A model generated the notes under the pieces. The model ran no database searches. It had not been told where the DNA came from and saw only the letters and a program-made list of their open reading frames with translations. A program made the position numbers and the translations under genes. A DNA stretch of 64,000 nt from Eledone cirrhosa (lineage: Eukaryota). Numbering within the stretch: position 1 is the stretch's first letter; every line of letters begins with the position of its first letter. The stretch is from contig OZ024745.1 of NCBI GenBank assembly GCA_964016885.1, positions 47,926,001 through 47,990,000 on the forward strand. The letters are read 5' to 3'. Of the stretch, positions 63,551 through 64,000 are shown in pieces.

Positions 63551-64000
63551 ATAAAAGCAAGGCGTGTTGAGGTTGACAGGAGTCGAACACGTGATCACTA
63601 GTTTCCTAGTCTAATACGCTACCCAATGACCCACAAGGGAGTATTTATATATTTGAAATGTAGCCATTCTAATGTAAATGACCATAAAAATAGACAATCA
63701 CTATAAATAACAGTTGAGAACATTGACTAAAGTACCCCTGAAGAAGGGAAAATGGGGACAGAGTAATTTGAGGGTTAATAGATTGTTTTACAGCACAATG
63801 CCAAACAGCTATATTAGGAAAATGATCAAGAAATAGTTTTACAACCCTCGATTTTTGTTTTAGCATTACAGGTGATTTCACATTCTCTTTTAGGTACTAT
63901 ATTGAAAACCCACCAATTATATACAGTTAGAAGATTCATCAATTGTTGCCTTCAAGTAGACTAGAACATTTGTCCCACTAATAGTAATATATTCATTCAT

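Noticed and set aside
53886-64000. First SCaMC coding exon (EF-hand 1)
   Set aside because: No EF-hand-like frame with a suitable donor found by eye; probably beyond 64000.

Overview
AT-rich, repeat-dense animal genomic DNA. The SINE/LINE families present (tRNA-CORE-Meta SINEs with RTE tails, Nin/Deu SINEs, PHD-finger RTE) point to a coleoid cephalopod, most likely an Octopus species (inference). The window lies inside one minus-strand gene, a calcium-binding mitochondrial ATP-Mg/Pi carrier (SCaMC, SLC25A23/24/25 family). Five internal coding exons (127, 88, 112, 159 and 141 nt; 209 codons, all GT-AG, phases consistent) encode EF-hands 2-4 and the first carrier repeat; the first exon and the 3' exons were not found and probably lie outside the window. 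The introns (10.0, 32.6, 6.0 and 0.47 kb) hold a near-full-length RTE LINE, CR1, Expander-like RTE, R4/Dong-like and CRE-like retroelement remnants, Chapaev3 and mariner remnants, a complete non-autonomous Helitron, TTAA-flanked MITEs and many SINEs. The most unusual signals are: (i) several hammerhead-ribozyme motifs of the Penelope-like/retrozyme type, repeatedly associated with local fold-back or templated duplications; (ii) a degenerate HDV-like ribozyme; (iii) a TE-free block in the 32.6-kb intron carrying candidate stop-containing cassette exons, one of which would be in frame if a single UGA were edited or read through. Most ORFs in the supplied track are spurious or TE-derived.
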